Virus record (IMG/VR): IMGVR_UViG_3300036766_002289
Location: 62,001 to 126,000 of that record
Strand: one strand, 5' to 3'
DNA: 64,000 bases
This document shows, piece after piece, positions 27,501 to 36,471 of the stretch; within the stretch, counting starts at the first letter, position 1, and each line of letters opens with the position of its first letter. The translations under genes and the position numbers were made by a program. The notes under the pieces were generated by a model that was not told the origin of the DNA, ran no database searches, and worked only from the letters and a program-made list of their open reading frames with translations.

Positions 27501-29033
27501 AGTGGAGCAATTGTAAGCGGTAATATAGCTTCAGGCCAAGTAGGACAATTTCATCTATCATCAGGCAGTGTAACTTCAGGTGCTATATCTTCGGGTGTTG
27601 TAGGCCAATTTGCACTAAGTTCTGGCTCAGTAACGAGTGGTGCAATATCATCTGGTCAAGTAAACACTTACCATTTTGGTTCTGGAGCAACAGTAACTAG
27701 GGCACAATTTGTTGCTCCATTTGTGAGTGGAACATCTTGGACAATAATTACAGAAGAAACTATATCAGGCGTAAAAGCAGTAGCACTAAGCCAGAGTGGC
27801 ACACTTAGAGTTGCAATGGCCAGTATTTCTGGTCGATATCCAGCAATCGGTGTCGTTGTAGACAACGTTCTAAGTGGTTTACAAGCTAATGTATACACTG
27901 TTGGTCCGCTCCAGTTTACTAGCGGGTTAGGCGATTATAGTGGTTACATTGGTCAGCCATTGTATGTTGGTCGTTCAGGACAAGTTGTAACAAGCTCTGG
28001 CAGCTTCAACAGTGGTGGATTGTTGTCTGGCGATATGACCCAGCAAATAGGTTTTGCTTGGACAAGTGGCGGCGCACTCATAGAGGTTAATGCCCCATTT
28101 GTAAGCGGTGGAACTCCAACTTTAACATCAGGTATAGTCCAAAGTGGCAACATCGGTTCGGGTGCAGTCCAAGGCTTCTTTGGCAGTACACGTAACATAG
28201 CTTCAGGCACAGTCGGTGTATTTGACTTTGGTTCAGGTGCAGTTATAGCAGGAACAGTTGGTAGCGGTGCAATTGTAAGCGGAAACATTGCAAGTGGTCA
28301 GATTGGTCAATTCCACTTGGCTTCTGGTTCAGTAACTTCAGGTGCAATAGCAAGTGGACAAGTAGGCCAGTTTGCTCTAAGTTCAGGCTCTGTAACAAGT
28401 GGTGCAATTGCTTCTGGGCAGATAAGTCAGTTTAAGTTAGCATCAGGTGCGGTTAATAGTGGCCATATTGGTTCTGGTGCAGTCCAAGGCTTTTTTGGCT
28501 CAACAAGACACATCGCTTCAGGCACAGTGGGCGTATTTGATTTTGGTAGTGGTGCAGTAATAGCAGGAACAGTTGGGTCTGGTGCAATTGTAAGTGGAAA
28601 TGTCGCAAGTGGTCAAATAGCAGATTTCCATTTTGCATCTGGTGCAAAAATAAACGTGGCGGGTTGGATCACTGATACAGCATTGGTTGCAGGTACGCCA
28701 ATTTCTGGCAGCTGTGCAGTTTCTGTTGACGCAAGTGGCCACCTAATTCAAAGTAACCCAACACTATCTGGTCAGTTCCCAATTTATGGCATTGCAGACG
28801 GGGCACTTGTGTCTGGTTCTGCTGGTATTATAAGATTAATGGGACCATTTACATCTACAGAGTTTAACTTCTCTGGCAGTATCGGTAGAGTTTTGTATGT
28901 CGGTTTAAGTGGTCAAATAACCCCAACAATGCCTTCACTATCTGGTGTCTTTACACAGAAAGTTGGCATTGCAACTAGCCATTCTGGTATGTTGGTTAGA
29001 ATAGATAACCAATTCATACAAATTGGCTTATAA
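21585..29033 (+). CDS. giant Ser-Gly-rich repetitive fibre protein (2482 aa)
   Basis: Phage fibre-type N-terminus (DRIEVTSTTTGLG); 14 copies of SGAVQGFFGSTRxIASGTxGVFDFGSG; about 7 copies of a ~100-aa globular module; GTPDGTKFLRDDFTW motifs; TAAATA upstream. Confidence 0.85.
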   Translation: MQEVLYDRIEVTSTTTGLGAFVLLGATPGNRPFSIVPDGDSIPYCITNNIDYEMGLGTVSAGGSILSRDKVLSSTAGGAFINWPAGTKEVFLTATSDLLTQINVESTLITREMISGGRAVNVNTSGLAQIAMAGDPTRMPAIGVMIDNTLSGQPARIYTRSHLYSDKFSYSGYIGSELWVGTSGDIVTSGGISGNVQQILGVVIAQSGIYLSPSFQVPGTTFSLTSGIITSGFIGDNAVNSGNISSGQVGQFHLASGAVNSGHISSGAVQGFFGSTRHIASGTLGVFDFGSGAVIAGAVGSGAIVSGNIASGQVGQFHISSGAVTSGRLGVTGTPDGTKFLRDDFTWATPTVVSGAIQSGMIASGAVQGFFGSTRNIASGTVGVFDFGSGAVIAGTVGSGAIVSGNIASGQVGQFHLASGAVNSGHIGNNAVVSGSIASGQVNTYHFGSGATVTRAQFVAPFVSGTPWTVTTEETISGVRAVAFSQSGNLVIAMAGVSGRGPAIGIVVDNVASGTQANVYTVGPLQFTSGLGDYSGYLGQPLYVGRSGQIVTASGSFNSGGFLSGDTFQQIGYAWTSGGALIGVNDPVISGGVPSLTSGLVQSGNIASGAVQGFFGSTRNIASGTVGVFDFGSGAVIAGTVGSGAIVSGNIASGQIGQFHIASGAVNSGHIGNNAVVSGSIASGQIGQFHIASGAVNSGHIASGAVQGFFGSTRNIASGTIGVFDFGSGAVIAGTVGSGAIVSGNIASGQVGQFHISSGAVTSGRLGVTGTPDGTRFLRDDFVWATPTAAGVTSGGIQSGMIASGAVQGFFGSTRHIASGTVGVFDFGSGAVIAGTVGSGAIVSGNIASGQIGQFHLASGAVNSGHIGNNAVVSGSVASGQLSTYHFGSGATVTRAQFVSPFVSGTSWTAITEETISGVRAVAFSQSGNLRIAMASVSGRGPAIGVVIDNVLSGLQANVYTVGAVQFTSGLGDYSGYIGQPLYVGRSGQVVTASGSFNSGGFLSGEMLQQIGVAWTSGGALIGVNDPIVSGSVPALTSGLVQSGNIASGAVQGFFGSTRNIASGTVGVFDFGSGAVIAGTVGSGAIVSGNIASGQIGQFHLASGSVTSGAIASGQVGQFAHSSGAINSGHVSSGAVQGFFGSTRHIASGTIGVFDFGSGAVIAGTVGSGAIVSGNIASGQVGNFAISSGAVTSGRLGVTGTPDGTKFLRDDFTWSSPIISGSIQSGMIASGAVQGFFGSTRNIASGTVGVFDFGSGAVIAGTVGSGAIVSGNIASGQIGQFHLASGAVNSGHIGNNAVVSGSVASGQLSIYHFASGATVTRAQFVAPFVSGTSWTVITEETISGVRAVAFSQSGTLRVAMASISGRYPAIGVVVDNVLSGLQANVYTVGPLQFTSGLGDYSGYLGQPLYVGRSGQVVTASGSFNSGGLLSGDMTQQIGFAWTSGGALIEVNAPFVSGGVPALTSGLVQSGNIASGAVQGFFGSTRNIASGTVGVFDFGSGAVIAGTVGSGAIVSGNIASGQIGQFHLASGSVTSGAIASGQVGQFAHSSGSVTSGAIASGQVGQFAHSSGAINSGHVSSGAVQGFFGSTRHIASGTVGVFDFGSGAVIAGTVGSGAIVSGNIASGQVGQFHLSSGSVTSGAISSGVVGQFALSSGSVTSGAISSGQVNTYHFGSGATVTRAQFVAPFVSGTSWTVITEEIISGVRAVALSQSGTLRVAMASISGRYPAIGVVVDNVLSGLQANVYTVGPLQFTSGLGDYSGYLGQPLYVGRSGQVVTSSGSFNSGGLLSGDMTQQIGYAWTSGGALIEVNAPFVSGSVPSLTSGLVQSGNIASGAVQGFFGSTRNIASGTVGVFDFGSGAVIAGTVGSGAIVSGNIASGQIGQFHLASGSVTSGAIASGQVGQFALSSGSVTSGAIASGQVGQFAHSSGAINSGHVSSGAVQGFFGSTRHIASGTVGVFDFGSGAVIAGTVGSGAIVSGNIASGQVGQFHLSSGSVTSGAISSGVVGQFALSSGSVTSGAISSGQVNTYHFGSGATVTRAQFVAPFVSGTSWTIITEETISGVKAVALSQSGTLRVAMASISGRYPAIGVVVDNVLSGLQANVYTVGPLQFTSGLGDYSGYIGQPLYVGRSGQVVTSSGSFNSGGLLSGDMTQQIGFAWTSGGALIEVNAPFVSGGTPTLTSGIVQSGNIGSGAVQGFFGSTRNIASGTVGVFDFGSGAVIAGTVGSGAIVSGNIASGQIGQFHLASGSVTSGAIASGQVGQFALSSGSVTSGAIASGQISQFKLASGAVNSGHIGSGAVQGFFGSTRHIASGTVGVFDFGSGAVIAGTVGSGAIVSGNVASGQIADFHFASGAKINVAGWITDTALVAGTPISGSCAVSVDASGHLIQSNPTLSGQFPIYGIADGALVSGSAGIIRLMGPFTSTEFNFSGSIGRVLYVGLSGQITPTMPSLSGVFTQKVGIATSHSGMLVRIDNQFIQIGL
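22300..28640 (+). repeat. modular internal coding repeats of fibre 1 (synonymously diverged)
   Basis: Recurrent ggtgcagtccaaggcttctttgg..gatttt ggt units. Confidence 0.9.
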
Positions 29034-29091
29034 ATCTTATTAACTCCTTATTAACACAGTCTTTTTAATCTGGAATAAATCAGACGCATAT

Positions 29092-29099
29092 TATAAATA
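29092..29099 (+). promoter_or_regulatory. T4-like late promoter TATAAATA
   Basis: Exact motif 6 nt upstream of the fibre 2 start; TAAATA also at 21574, 5350 and upstream of 57866. Confidence 0.55.
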
Positions 29100-29105
29100 T
29101 GGTAT

Positions 29106-32100
29106 ATGGGAGTGCCCTTAGTATTCGACACCAGCACAGGTATAACCACAGCAAGACCATTTATAGCTAGTGATAATGTTTTTGCGTCGGGGGTTGTTGC
29201 GTCTGGTGTTATAGCGTCAGGTGCAGTCCAAGGCTTCTTTGGCACTACTAGAAACATAGCTTCAGGTACATTAGGCGTATTTGATTTCGGTTCTGGTGCA
29301 GTTATAGCTGGGGCTGTTGGCAGTGGCGCAATTGTAAGTGGAAATATAGCTTCAGGTCAGATCGGTCAATTCCATATCGCCTCTGGTGCAGTAACAAGTG
29401 GCAGACTAGGAGTTACGGGCACTCCAGACGGTACTAAATTCCTAAGAGACGACTTCACATGGTCCAGTCCAATTATAAGTGGCTCTATTCAATCAGGCAT
29501 GATAGCAAGTGGTGCTGTACAAGGTTTCTTCGGTTCTACTAGAAATATAGCAAGTGGAACCGTAGGCGTATTTGATTTTGGCAGTGGTGCAGTAATAGCA
29601 GGAACAGTCGGCAGTGGGGCAATTGTAAGTGGAAATGTTGCTTCAGGTCAGATTGGTCAAGCCCATTTGGCTTCTGGTATTATCGCTGTGTTTACCGATT
29701 CGGTTAGTGCTGCGAAGGGCAATGTTGCCGCTGGTCCTGGCGTGAATGCAATAAGTGGGTCGCGAAATACAGCATTTGGATATACGGTTCTCAATAATTC
29801 ACGAGGCAGCAGCGGTAATACTGGTTTTGGATTCCAATCCTTGTTTGCTTGCAGTAGCGGATGGTATAACACCGCTATCGGTGCGACTGCATTAGTCAAC
29901 TTTCAATGGGGTAGTGGTAATGTTGCTGTTGGGGCGGGGGCCATTGGGCCAATAGATGGAACATTTGGCATGTCAGGTGCCTCGAGTGCAATATCATTTA
30001 ATACAGCTATTGGTCAACAAGCTGGGACTCATATAAGTAGCGGGGCACTTAATAATGTTTTAGTTGGTGCGTTTGCAGCAGGTTCAGGCTTACAAGCTGG
30101 GCATGATAATACCGTTATTGGTACGTTGGCAAATGTTACAAACCCAGACGCTGCGTTTCGTGGAGTATTTGGTGCTGCGGCGGTTGATGCTGGCGTTGAC
30201 AATTCTGTTTTCATCGGCCGCTCTGGACGGGATACGGTTTATGTTTTTCGTCTTGCTAGCGGCACTGTAACATCTGGAATGCTAGGTGTTACAGGAACGC
30301 CAGACGGGACTAAGTTCCTGAGAGACGATTTTACTTGGGCGAGCCCAATTATAAGCGGTTCTATTCAATCAGGTATGATTGCAAGTGGTGCAGTACAAGG
30401 TTTCTTTGGTTCCACTAGACACATAGCTTCAGGCACAGTAGGAGTATTTGACTTTGGTAGTGGTGCAGTAATAGCGGGAACAGTAGGCAGTGGGGCAATT
30501 GTAAGTGGAAATGTTGCTTCAGGCCAAGTAGGACAGTTTGCTATATCTTCTGGTGCAGTAACAAGTGGACGATTAGGAGTAACAGGAACGCCAGATGGAA
30601 CTAAGTTCTTAAGAGACGATTTTACTTGGACCGCACCAACAGCAACGGTTGCTAGTGGTGGCATTCAATCAGGTATGATTGCAAGTGGTGCAGTACAAGG
30701 TTTCTTTGGTTCCACTAGACACATAGCTTCAGGCACAGTAGGCGTATTTGATTTTGGCAGTGGTGCAGTAATAGCAGGAACAGTCGGCAGTGGGGCAATT
30801 GTAAGTGGAAATATAGCTAGTGGTCAATTATCGACGTTCCATTTTGCTTCTGGTGCAAAAATAGATTCAGCCGAATGGCTTATTGACGATATTTTTGTTA
30901 CGAATGAAGTAATTTCTGGTGGTAAAGCAGTAGCGTTTAACCAGTCTGGGCAGTTAGTAATAGCAATGGCAGGTGTCTCGGGCAGAATGCCAGCAGTTGG
31001 TATATTGCCAACTAACGTTGCAAGTGGAAGTGCGGCAACAATATATCGTAATGGAAGATTATTCAATACTATATTTAACTTCTCTGGCTGGACAGGTAGT
31101 GAAGTATTTGTTGGCCAGTCTGGTGATGTAGTTGCATCTGGCAATCCAACTAATTCAGGGGCAGTACAGCAAATCTTGGGTGTGTCGATTGCTGGGTCTG
31201 GCATAATGATTCAGATTGGTGATCCTTTCTTAGACACTATTATTCAATCAGGCAGCATTGGTTCGGGTGCAGTCCAAGGTTTCTTTGGGTCCACACCAAA
31301 TATAGCAAGTGGAACCGTAGGTGTATTTGATTTTGGTAGTGGTGCAGTTATAGCAGGAACGATTGGTTCTGGCGCAGTTGTAAGTGGAAATATAGCAAGC
31401 GGCCAGGTTGGCAATTTTGCTATATCTTCTGGGGCAGTAACAAGTGGTCGATTAGGTGTTACAGGAACACCAGACGGTACTAAGTTCCTACGTGATGATT
31501 TTACTTGGGTTACACCTGCTGGCGGTAGCGTTACTAGTGGTGGCATTCAATCAGGTATGATTGCGAGCGGTGCAGTACAAGGTTTCTTCGGAAGCACAAG
31601 ACACATAGCTTCAGGCACAATTGGCGTATTCGATTTCGGCAGTGGTGCAGTAATAGCAGGAGCAGTTGGTTCTGGTGCAATTGTAAGTGGAAACGTAGCA
31701 AGCGGTCAGATATCTACGTTCCACTTTGCAAGTGGTGCAGGAATCGACTCGGCAGAATGGATTGCAACTAATAATTTTTCTACTGCTGAATTAATTTCTG
31801 GTGGTAAGGCAGTTGCATTTAACCAATCAGGTCAATTGGTCATTGCTATGGCAGGCGTCCCATCTAGAATGCCAGCCATAGGTATATTGCCGACCAATGA
31901 AGCAAGTGGTAACGTGGCATTAGTTTACCGTAATGGTAGACTATTCAATACAGTATTTAACTTCTCTGGTTGGACTGGTCAAAGTGTATTCGTAGGTCAA
32001 TCTGGTGATGTGGTCGCATCTGGGTCGCCAACAAATTCGGGTGCAGTGCAGCAAGCATTAGGTGAATCAATTTATGGGTCTGGTTTAATGATTCAGTTAG

Positions 32101-33392
32101 GTGATCCTTTCTTGGATGCAACAATTCTATCTGGCCAGATTGGCAGTGGTACGATTGGTGGAATACATATTGCTTCAGGGCAAATCGGGAACAATCAGTT
32201 TGCATCAGGAAATATGCCTAACCCTGGTTATCTTTATGGATTAGGCTTAACTTGGGTTAGTTCAGGTCAGATTATCGTTGGCAGTGGCGTGGCTATGGAT
32301 AGCACTGGCTATACTAACATTTGGCTCCCAACAAGAACTACCGTAATGATTTCAGGAACTAATGGTGGCCCTGCAAGTATGGATATTTCGCCTATAGGTA
32401 ACGTAAGTATCCTTACATCTGGGTCCATTGTCTCAGGCGCAACGAACATGTTTTTACTATGGCCTATGAAAACAGGAACAGGCTTAATTGCTTTCAGTGG
32501 AACGGCAGGAATTGTAGGCAGCGGCGGCGACTCACTTAATCAAATTGCAGTTGGCGACTTAGTTGGAACTTCAGGGCAGTCATTCTGGAGAGTAACAGCG
32601 GTCAATAGCGGCACATTTACAACTGCGATTTCAGGCGGTCTGACTTCAGGCTCCAAGTTGAACATAATTGAGAATGCATTCTTTAGTACAAGTGGTCAAA
32701 TTTCTTGTGTCGTGAACAATATTCTCAGTGGAATCAGCATGACGCTTGGCGGTGTGCCGAAAGCAAGCGGTAACACGGTGCCAGGCTTTATCGGTGGCGC
32801 GCCTAATAACGTCACAAGCGGGTTCCAATCATATTTGATGGCATGGGTAAGTCAGGGTTTAAGTGGAACTACGGCATTCTTGTCTACACAGAGAACCACT
32901 CCATTAGTGTCTGGCATTAACGGCTATCAGACTTATTTCCGTCGTGTTGGTAGTGTTATTTATAACGGTTTCTCTGGACAGATTGTGCCATTCGATCAGT
33001 GGGGCAATGCAGGTTATGGTAAATTTACACAGTTTGAAGTTCCAAACCATACTAATAACACTGTTATTTTCAGTGGTACTCTTAGTGGTTTGGCAGCGGT
33101 TTGGGCTGGACTTGATTGTTCAAAAGTTGCACCACCTACTGCGACGGCAATTAAATTTAATGCTATTAATACATCTCCAACAAGTGGTGGTGCTATTTAC
33201 TTCCGCAAGAGGGGTGCTGGCGAATCAACAGGCACAAGAAATATTAGGTCTATGGGTCTTCAGTCTGGTTTGATTACCTCCTACTTATTTGATTGTGCTT
33301 GTGACGGTGTGCAGAGCATTGAATATGCTTGGCCGATTTCAGGTCTTCAGTTGCAGCTTGACGTTGTTGGTTATTTCGAACCACAGTTCTAA
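29106..33392 (+). CDS. second Ser-Gly-rich fibre protein (1428 aa) with YadA-head-like segment and unique C-terminal domain
   Basis: 6 QGFFG repeats; 2 globular modules; NTAFG/NTGFG/NTAIG repeats. Confidence 0.85.
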   Translation: MGVPLVFDTSTGITTARPFIASDNVFASGVVASGVIASGAVQGFFGTTRNIASGTLGVFDFGSGAVIAGAVGSGAIVSGNIASGQIGQFHIASGAVTSGRLGVTGTPDGTKFLRDDFTWSSPIISGSIQSGMIASGAVQGFFGSTRNIASGTVGVFDFGSGAVIAGTVGSGAIVSGNVASGQIGQAHLASGIIAVFTDSVSAAKGNVAAGPGVNAISGSRNTAFGYTVLNNSRGSSGNTGFGFQSLFACSSGWYNTAIGATALVNFQWGSGNVAVGAGAIGPIDGTFGMSGASSAISFNTAIGQQAGTHISSGALNNVLVGAFAAGSGLQAGHDNTVIGTLANVTNPDAAFRGVFGAAAVDAGVDNSVFIGRSGRDTVYVFRLASGTVTSGMLGVTGTPDGTKFLRDDFTWASPIISGSIQSGMIASGAVQGFFGSTRHIASGTVGVFDFGSGAVIAGTVGSGAIVSGNVASGQVGQFAISSGAVTSGRLGVTGTPDGTKFLRDDFTWTAPTATVASGGIQSGMIASGAVQGFFGSTRHIASGTVGVFDFGSGAVIAGTVGSGAIVSGNIASGQLSTFHFASGAKIDSAEWLIDDIFVTNEVISGGKAVAFNQSGQLVIAMAGVSGRMPAVGILPTNVASGSAATIYRNGRLFNTIFNFSGWTGSEVFVGQSGDVVASGNPTNSGAVQQILGVSIAGSGIMIQIGDPFLDTIIQSGSIGSGAVQGFFGSTPNIASGTVGVFDFGSGAVIAGTIGSGAVVSGNIASGQVGNFAISSGAVTSGRLGVTGTPDGTKFLRDDFTWVTPAGGSVTSGGIQSGMIASGAVQGFFGSTRHIASGTIGVFDFGSGAVIAGAVGSGAIVSGNVASGQISTFHFASGAGIDSAEWIATNNFSTAELISGGKAVAFNQSGQLVIAMAGVPSRMPAIGILPTNEASGNVALVYRNGRLFNTVFNFSGWTGQSVFVGQSGDVVASGSPTNSGAVQQALGESIYGSGLMIQLGDPFLDATILSGQIGSGTIGGIHIASGQIGNNQFASGNMPNPGYLYGLGLTWVSSGQIIVGSGVAMDSTGYTNIWLPTRTTVMISGTNGGPASMDISPIGNVSILTSGSIVSGATNMFLLWPMKTGTGLIAFSGTAGIVGSGGDSLNQIAVGDLVGTSGQSFWRVTAVNSGTFTTAISGGLTSGSKLNIIENAFFSTSGQISCVVNNILSGISMTLGGVPKASGNTVPGFIGGAPNNVTSGFQSYLMAWVSQGLSGTTAFLSTQRTTPLVSGINGYQTYFRRVGSVIYNGFSGQIVPFDQWGNAGYGKFTQFEVPNHTNNTVIFSGTLSGLAAVWAGLDCSKVAPPTATAIKFNAINTSPTSGGAIYFRKRGAGESTGTRNIRSMGLQSGLITSYLFDCACDGVQSIEYAWPISGLQLQLDVVGYFEPQF

Positions 33393-33402
33393 TTAGGAGC
33401 AT

Positions 33403-34467
33403 ATGTTAAGACAAACAATTGCAGTAGCTCATAGCACTACACCTTTTGCTACCTTGTATCCTTGGGGTGGTACTTATTGGACCATAATAGCTAATCCTTC
33501 AACGTTACCTGCTAGTACTGGACAAGATATCAAATGGTCTCCAGATGGAGCTTATGTTGCAATAGGTCATAGCACCACTCCATTTGTAAGTGTATATCCT
33601 TGGACTGGTCAATTTGGGGCTAAATTTGCAGACCCATCAACTTTGCCTCCAGCCGCAGGGAATTGCGTTGCGTGGAGTCCTCGCGGTGATTTCATTGCAG
33701 TTAGTAGCAGTACTACTCCATTCATAAGTGTATATCCTTGGAGTAGTGCTGGATTTGGTGCAAAGGTTGCAGACCCTTCAACTTTACCTACTGGTACTGG
33801 TGTTTTCGGAATGGTTTGGTCTCCTGATGGCAATGCTATTGCACTCGCTGTAAATGATATTAGTAATTTCATCATTGTGTATTCTTGGAGTAGTGCTGGG
33901 TTTGGCTTTAGATATGCTAATTATGTTACCCCGTCAAACACTGGAACTGGAAATTCTGTTGCGTGGTCTCCAGATGGAACTGCAATTGGTGTTACCATTT
34001 TTAACACTCCAGGCATATATACGTGGCCTTGGAGCGGCATTACTGGTTTTGGTGCTAGAATTGCTGATCCTACAACTCTTCCTGGTGGTGCAGGAACTAA
34101 CGGATGCAGTGGTTTTGCATGGTCTCCAGATGGGGCTAATATTGCTATGACGGTCAATGATACTCCTTTTATAGCGGCGTATCCTTGGACTACAAAATTC
34201 GGGGCTAAATTTGCTGATCCATCTACTTTGCCTGTCAGTGGAAACCTTGTTAAACGTAATACTCTTGCATGGTCCCCAGATCAAAAATATGTTACGGGCA
34301 CAACGTCCACTACTCCTTTTATATTTGTTTATCCTTGGAGCAATAGTACTGGACTAGGTACTAAAATTGCTGATCCTTCAACTTTACCAGCAGGGGCTAC
34401 TGGAGGTTGTGCATGGCTTAATAAGCCAATATTACCTAATGCAAAGGTCGTATTTGGCACTGGTTAA
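33403..34467 (+). CDS. 7-bladed WD40-like beta-propeller, paralog 1
   Basis: YPW..FGAK.ADPSTLP..AWSPDG repeats. Confidence 0.85.
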   Translation: MLRQTIAVAHSTTPFATLYPWGGTYWTIIANPSTLPASTGQDIKWSPDGAYVAIGHSTTPFVSVYPWTGQFGAKFADPSTLPPAAGNCVAWSPRGDFIAVSSSTTPFISVYPWSSAGFGAKVADPSTLPTGTGVFGMVWSPDGNAIALAVNDISNFIIVYSWSSAGFGFRYANYVTPSNTGTGNSVAWSPDGTAIGVTIFNTPGIYTWPWSGITGFGARIADPTTLPGGAGTNGCSGFAWSPDGANIAMTVNDTPFIAAYPWTTKFGAKFADPSTLPVSGNLVKRNTLAWSPDQKYVTGTTSTTPFIFVYPWSNSTGLGTKIADPSTLPAGATGGCAWLNKPILPNAKVVFGTG

Positions 34468-34480
34468 GGATATATAAATT

Positions 34481-35411
34481 ATGCTAAAGTTGACATTGGC
34501 GGTTTCGTCAAACTTAACACCGTTTATACAAGCCTATCCTTTCAGTGGAAATTTTTGGCAAAAAGTACCTGATCCTTCAACTCTGCCTGGCGGTTCCCAA
34601 GGAACAGGCACCTGTTGGTCGCCGCGAGGCAGTTATGTTGTGGCACTAAGTAATGCATCTCCTTTTATCCAAGCCTATCCTTGGACTGGTCAATTTGGGG
34701 CTAAAGTTGCAGACCCTACAACTTTACCTCCTGGAGAATGTTTAGATGCAGCATGGCGACCAGATGGCAATTTTATTGCAACGGCTGGATTCACCGCACC
34801 ATGTATAACTGCGTATCCTTGGACTGGAACTGGATTTGGTGCTAAAGTTGCAGACCCAGCCATAGTTCCTTCTAGCACAGGTTGGAGTGTTGCATGGAGT
34901 CCAGATGGCAAGTTTATTGCTGTTGGTAGCGATGTTTCTCCTTTTTTACAAGTATATCCTTGGACTGGAGGTGGGTTTGGTGCTAAAGTTGCAGACCCTT
35001 CAGTAATATCTGTTGGACAATGTTGGGGGGTAAAATGGTCTCCAGCTGGAGATTATATTGCTGTTGGTTGCTCTAATACGCCTTTTATACAAGCTTATTC
35101 TTGGAGCAATAGGTCATAACACTTCGCCTTTCATGAGCGTATATCCTTGGAGTGCTGGATTTGGAGCTAAAGTTGCTGATCCTTCAACTTTACCTGCTGG
35201 CAATGGCTGGCGTATTGCTTGGACACCGCAAGGTGATTATATTGTTTTAGGGCATGATACTACACCATTTGTTAGTGTCTATCCTTGGACTGCTGGGTTT
35301 GGGGCTAAGCTTGCTGATCCTAGCACATTACCTGGAGATAGTGGTTTTGGTGTGGCTTGGCTCCCTCCACCAACATCATATGTTGCCAAGGCATTATTCG
35401 GTTCAGGTTAA
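34481..35411 (+). pseudogene. beta-propeller paralog 2, frameshifted by a deletion at ~35106-35110
   Basis: ORFs 34481..35119 and 35058..35411 join at GCAAT microhomology. Confidence 0.7.
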
Positions 35412-35422
35412 TATATAATAAT

Positions 35423-36469
35423 ATGCTTCAAACTTCAGTTGCAATCGGCTCGGATACGACCTCGCCTTTTTTGTTTGCTTATCCTATAAATGGACAATTT
35501 TATACTAAATACGCAGACCCATCAACGATTCCAACTGGTACTGGTTCTAATGGTGTTGCGTGGAGTCCTGATGGTTCTTATTTTGCTATCGTACATAATG
35601 CATCACCGTTTGTAAGTGTATATCCTTGGACAGGGCAATTTGGTGCTAAAGTTGCTGATCCATCTACTTTGCCCCCCAATACGACAGATACTGTTTTTTG
35701 GTCGCCTGACATGAAATATATTGCTGTTACTTTTCAAGTGACGCCTTTTATATATGTATATCCTTGGAGTAGTGCTGGGTTTGGGGCTAGATTTGCTAAC
35801 CCATCAACGCTTCCTGCTGGTATTGGTTATTGTTCTGCATGGTCTCCTGATGGGCAGTTTCTTGCTGTTAGTCAGCTTACTTCTCCATTTATAGGTGTAT
35901 ATCCTTGGAGTAGTGCTGGATTTGGGCCTAGATTTGCTAACCCATCAACGCTTCCTGCTGGGGCATGTCGTTGGGTTACATGGTCCCCAGATGGAGCATT
36001 TATTGGAATGGGTGTTACAAACACGCCATTTGTAGCAGTGTATCCTTGGACTACTCAAGGATTTGGTGCTAAAATTGCGAACCCTACAACTTTGCCTCCT
36101 GCTTCATCTGGTTGTACAGGCATGTCATGGAGTCCAGATGGAAACTATGTTGGTTTGGTTGGTGATTCTAGTCCTTTCATAAGAGTTTATAACTGGACTA
36201 GTGCTGGATTTGGAACTCCTGTCGCTGATCCTAGTACTTTGCCCAATAGTGTTGCTCGCGGAATTGCATGGTCTCCTGATGGAACCTATGTTGGTGCTTC
36301 TGTCGCAGTGAATCCTGAGATAGTCGTATACCCTTGGAGTGCTGGATTCGGGGCCAAGCTTCCTGATCCTGCAACTGTGCCTGCTGGGACTTCTTTAACA
36401 ATTACATTTACTGGTTCTCAGGCTAAGCCGAAAGCAAGAAAACCATTTAACTCAATTGACTATATATAA
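35423..36469 (+). CDS. beta-propeller paralog 3
   Basis: Same repeat; MLQTSVAIG start. Confidence 0.85.
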   Translation: MLQTSVAIGSDTTSPFLFAYPINGQFYTKYADPSTIPTGTGSNGVAWSPDGSYFAIVHNASPFVSVYPWTGQFGAKVADPSTLPPNTTDTVFWSPDMKYIAVTFQVTPFIYVYPWSSAGFGARFANPSTLPAGIGYCSAWSPDGQFLAVSQLTSPFIGVYPWSSAGFGPRFANPSTLPAGACRWVTWSPDGAFIGMGVTNTPFVAVYPWTTQGFGAKIANPTTLPPASSGCTGMSWSPDGNYVGLVGDSSPFIRVYNWTSAGFGTPVADPSTLPNSVARGIAWSPDGTYVGASVAVNPEIVVYPWSAGFGAKLPDPATVPAGTSLTITFTGSQAKPKARKPFNSIDYI

Positions 36470-36471
36470 TC

